Source: Hemiscyllium ocellatum (lineage: Eukaryota). From it: a stretch of 64,000 bases of DNA. The translations under genes and the position numbers were made by a program. Where the stretch lies: positions 49,524,999 to 49,588,998 of the forward strand of contig NC_083424.1 in the NCBI RefSeq assembly GCF_020745735.1, written 5' to 3'. Positions 60,382-64,000 of the stretch are shown one piece after another. The notes under the pieces were generated by a model that did no database searches, was not told the DNA's origin, and saw nothing but the letters and a program-made list of their open reading frames with translations. Numbering within the stretch: position 1 is the first letter of the stretch; each line of letters begins with the position of its first letter.

Positions 60382-62027
60382 ACACTGTTGCTGATGTGAA
60401 TATGGAATCACAAATAATTAGAATGGATGCCCTGGAAATATGCAGGGAAGAGGTTTTGGGAATATTGGAAAGGATGAATATAGATAAGTCTCCTGGGCCT
60501 GATGGCATTTACCCCAGGATCCTATGGGAAGCTAGGGAGGAGATAGCAGAGCCATTGGCCTGGATTTTTATGTCGTCATTGTCTACGGGAATAGTACCAG
60601 AGGACTGGAGGATAGCGAATGTGGTCCCATTGTTCAAGAAAGGGAGTAGGGATAGCCCTAGTAACTATAGGCCAGTGAGTCTGACTTCAGTGGTGGGCAA
60701 AGTCTTAGAGAGAATGGTAAGGGATAAGATTTATGAACATCTGGGTAGGAATAACGTGATCAGGGATAGCCAGCATGGTTTTGTGAAGGGCAGGTCGTGC
60801 CTCACAAACCTTATTGAGTTCTTTGAGAAGGTGACTATGGAAGTGGATGAGGGTAAAGCAGTAGATGTTGTGTATATGGATTTTAGTAAGGCGTTCGATA
60901 AGGTTCCCCATGGTAGGCTAATGCTAAAACTTCGGAGGTATGGCATTGAGGATACATTAGAGGTTTGGATTAGGAATTGGCTGGCTGGAAGGAGACAGAG
61001 GGTAGTAGTTGATGGATTATGTTCATCTTGGAGCGCAGTTACTAGCGGTGTACCACAAGGATCTGTTTTGGGACCATTGCTTTTTGTTATCTTTATAAAT
61101 GATCTAGAGCAAGGACTTGAAAGCTGGGTAAGCAAGTTTGCGGATGACACGAAAGTCGGTGGAGTTGTGGATAGTGAGGAAGGAAGTGGTAGGTTACAGC
61201 GGGATATAGATAAGTTGCAGAGCTGGGCGGAAATGTGGCAAATGGAATTCAATGTAGCTAAGTGCGAAGTCGTTCACTTTGGTAGGAATAACAAGATGTT
61301 GGATTACTGGGCTAATGGTAGGCTACTTGGTAGTGTGGATGAGCAGAGGGATCTTGGTGTCTATGTACACAGATCTCTGAAAGTTGCCACCCAGGTAAAT
61401 AGTACTGTGAGGAAGGCATATGGTGTACTGGGCTTTATTGGCAGAGGAATTGAGTTCCGGAGTCCTGAGGTCATGTTGCAGTTGTATAAGACTCTGGTGA
61501 GGCCTCATCTGGAGTATTGTGTGCAGTTTTGGTCGCCATACTATAGGAAGGATGTGGAAGCTTTAGAACGAGTGCAGAGGAGGTTTACCAGGATGTTGCC
61601 TGGAATGGTAGGAAAATCTTATGAGGAAAGGCTGAGGCACTTGGGGCTGTTCTCATTGGAGAAGAGAAGGTTTAGGGGAGATCTGATAGAAGTGTATAAG
61701 ATGATTAGGGGTTTAGATAGGGTAGATACTAAGAACCTTTTACCGCTAATGGAGTCAGGTGTTACTAGGGGACATAGCTTTAAATTAAGGGGTGGTAGGT
61801 ATAGGACAGATGTTAGGGGTAGATTCTTCACACAGCGGGTTGTGAGTTCATGGAATGCCCTGCCCGTATCAGTGGTGAACTCTCCTTCTTTATGTTCATT
61901 TAAGCGGGCATTGGATAGGCATTTGGAAGTTATTGGGCTAGTATAGGTTAGGTAGGACTCGGTCGGCGCAACATCGAGGGCCGAAGGGCTTGTACTGCGC
62001 TGTATCCTTCTATGTTCTATGTTCTAT
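60382..62027 (+). mobile_element. Young 5'-truncated CR1 copy (RT + 3' UTR), near-identical to 24899-26544
   Basis: Same length (1646 bp) with about ten substitutions seen by eye; open RT frame 60396-61946; (TTCTATG)n tail; TSD AAA at 60365-60367 and 62028-62030. Confidence 0.97.
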
Positions 62028-63200
62028 AAATGCTGTAACGCCAACACCAAGTTCAAAGTCTCCTTCTCAACCACCGAATATTTCGGCTGATGAATGTTCA
62101 ATTTCCCGGAGAAATACCCAATAGGGCTCTCTATCTTCTCGTCATCTTCTTGCAACAGCAGAGGACAAACACCCACATCGATAGCCATCTTGAATGGCTT
62201 TTCATAATTAGGTATGGCTAATACAAGGGCAGTAGTTAAAACAGCTTTCAGGCTGTCAAATGCCTTCTGACAGTCAGCTGTCCGCTGAAACTTCCTGCCT
62301 TTCTTTAGCAATTCAGTGACAGGAGCAGCCATACTGCTAAATGTTGGTACAAATTTTTGAAAAATTCCACTGGTTTGGGAATTCCCCAATTCACTTTGTT
62401 TTTGCATCACGTGAGGCCATTGTAACCCAAGAAGGTAACTTGGGTTTTGGCAAATATACTTACAACGAGGTTATCCCCAAGCCTGCCTTCCAAACTTGAT
62501 GGAATAGTTCAGATAAATGTTGTAAATGTTCCTTCCATGTGTGACTAAAAATCACCAAGTCACCAACGTTCACAGCACAGCTGGACAATACGGCAATGTC
62601 TTTATTGGTTAGTCTGTGAAATGTGGCTGGCACATTTTTCATGCCAAGTGGCATGACTTTAAACTAATGTGGTCTATTCACTGTTACAAAAGCAGAAATT
62701 TTCTTTACCCTTTCTGGAAAAGTACCTGCCAATATCCTCTAAGCAAGTCCAACTTAGAAATATAAGTTGCTTGTCCCACCTTCTTAGCACAGTCTTCCAA
62801 ACATGGAATCAAAGATGCATCAGCCTTTGTAACTGCACTGACTTTGTGATTGTCCACACATTACCACTGGTTATAATCTGATTTTGGCACCACTACTGTG
62901 GGTGAGCTTCAATCACTTTTACTCACTTTGATCATGTCACCTTGGAGTATTTTCTATGTTGACATCATGCATAATTAGGTTAGTACTTCCCTGCTTATTT
63001 CCACTTATCTCACCATGTGATAACAAAAACTCTTTTAGGTCATTTCGGTTTTCCTCTGTAAGGTAACTCAATAGTTATCCCAATTTTTTGACAACTTCCT
63101 CTTTGTCCAATTTAATTTAAGGAATGTCCAATTCAGAATCCTCTGATCTAGGATCTTCAATACCACATTCTCTTCTTGCTTTCCTGCCCTGTCAAAATAT

Positions 63201-63497
63201 GGCACAGTAGCACAGTGGTTAGCACTGCTGCCTCACAGCGCCAGATACCAGAGTTCAATTCCTGTCTTGGGCAACTGCCTGTGTGGAGTTTGCACATTCT
63301 TGTCGTGTCTGTGTGGGTTTCCTCCGGGTGCTCTGGTTTCCTCCCACAATCCAAAGATGTGCGGGTTAAGTGAATTGGCCATGCTAAATTGCCCGTAGTG
63401 TTAGGTGTAGCGGAATGGTTCTGGGTGGGTTGCTCTTCGTAGGATCAGTGTGGATTTGTTGGGCCAAAGGGCCTGTTTCCATGCTGTACGTAATCTA
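63201..63497 (+). mobile_element. HE1-type V-SINE (older copy) nested in the Gypsy relic
   Basis: A/B boxes, central domain and CR1-like 3' end. Confidence 0.85.
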
Positions 63498-64000
63498 CAA
63501 TAACTTTTCAGCATATTCACATGGCACACTCAGTGAGATTTCTTTCTGTCTGGAGTCCCTATCAAGTAGTTCACCTCACTCAATTTCCTTTCGACTTGGT
63601 AAGGTCCACTAAACCTGGCTTTGAAAGGTTCACCTACCACTGGATGTATCATATTTCCAAACACAAAATTGTGATTTTTTGATTTCATGTCTGCTTCTTG
63701 TTCATTGTATGCTGTGATACTTTTAAATGTTGTCTAGCCAACTCACCCAATCTATCGAATCATTCCTGAAAATTTAATATAGTCCAAATATATGGTCTCT
63801 GAATTGTGGCTTACCAATTTCTCCTTAAACAATTTTAACGGTCTTCCCTAAAACCTAATTCAAATGAACTGAATTTTGTCGGTTCACCTAGTGCATTTCT
63901 GATCACAAAAAGCACAAGTGGAATCCCCTTATCCCGGCCTTTGGAAATCTAGTGGATACATTCATTATTGTCAGCAACTACTGATTCCCAATTTTTGTTT

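Larger units (their letters stand above)
59503..64000 (-). mobile_element. Decayed Gmr1-like Ty3/Gypsy LTR retrotransposon (INT-RT-RNase H order), interrupted by a CR1 and a SINE
   Basis: Integrase motifs (LLTIMNVSTRFP, FSGPYQVERKLSEVNY, CHVNMLK) at ~63510-64000; RT (KLDLLRGYWQV, MPLGMKNVPATF) at ~62430-63050; RNase H at 62028-62410 and ~60150-60367; polypurine tract AGGGGGAAGG at 60000-59991 followed by TGTGACA (LTR start at 59990). The left LTR end (~59503) is tentative. Confidence 0.8.

Noticed and set aside
1-64000. CRISPR arrays, rRNA, operons, RAG/Transib or class-switch-like repeats
   Set aside because: None seen; the sequence is vertebrate, and the repeats are explained by retroelements and microsatellites.

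Overview
Repeat-rich vertebrate genomic DNA, almost certainly from a cartilaginous fish (HE1-type V-SINEs, CR1 LINEs with (TTCTATG)n tails, cluster-type Ig genes). The core is an immunoglobulin light-chain (lambda-class) miniloci region. There are two + strand leader/pre-joined VJ/C clusters about 32 kb apart. Cluster 1 (16.2-19.7 kb) has an out-of-frame VJ join and a dead C acceptor; cluster 2 (48.2-51.2 kb) is fully intact (239 aa). A third, decayed pre-joined VJ, not shown in the ORF track, lies on the - strand at 1.8-2.3 kb. No RSS lies between any V and J. The two C exons are identical for 309 nt although the V exons and introns are well diverged, which points to recent gene conversion. 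The rest is transposon-derived: many CR1 relics, two young ~99%-identical CR1 copies (one with an uninterrupted ORF2), Penelope-like elements carrying minimal hammerhead ribozyme motifs, HE1-type SINEs, a Gmr1-order Gypsy relic, and Tx1-, Rex1- and RTE-like fragments. The most unexpected signals are: a phased T_TTA_AAC slippery heptamer at the CR1 ORF1/ORF2 overlap with no AUG for ORF2 (candidate -1 frameshifting), the exon-bounded C-region homogenisation, a possible V-only product from cluster 1, the hammerhead motifs, an orphan CpG-rich promoter, and a ~1.75 kb quasi-palindrome 3' of the intact Ig cluster. All alignments were done by eye, and boundaries of old repeats are approximate.
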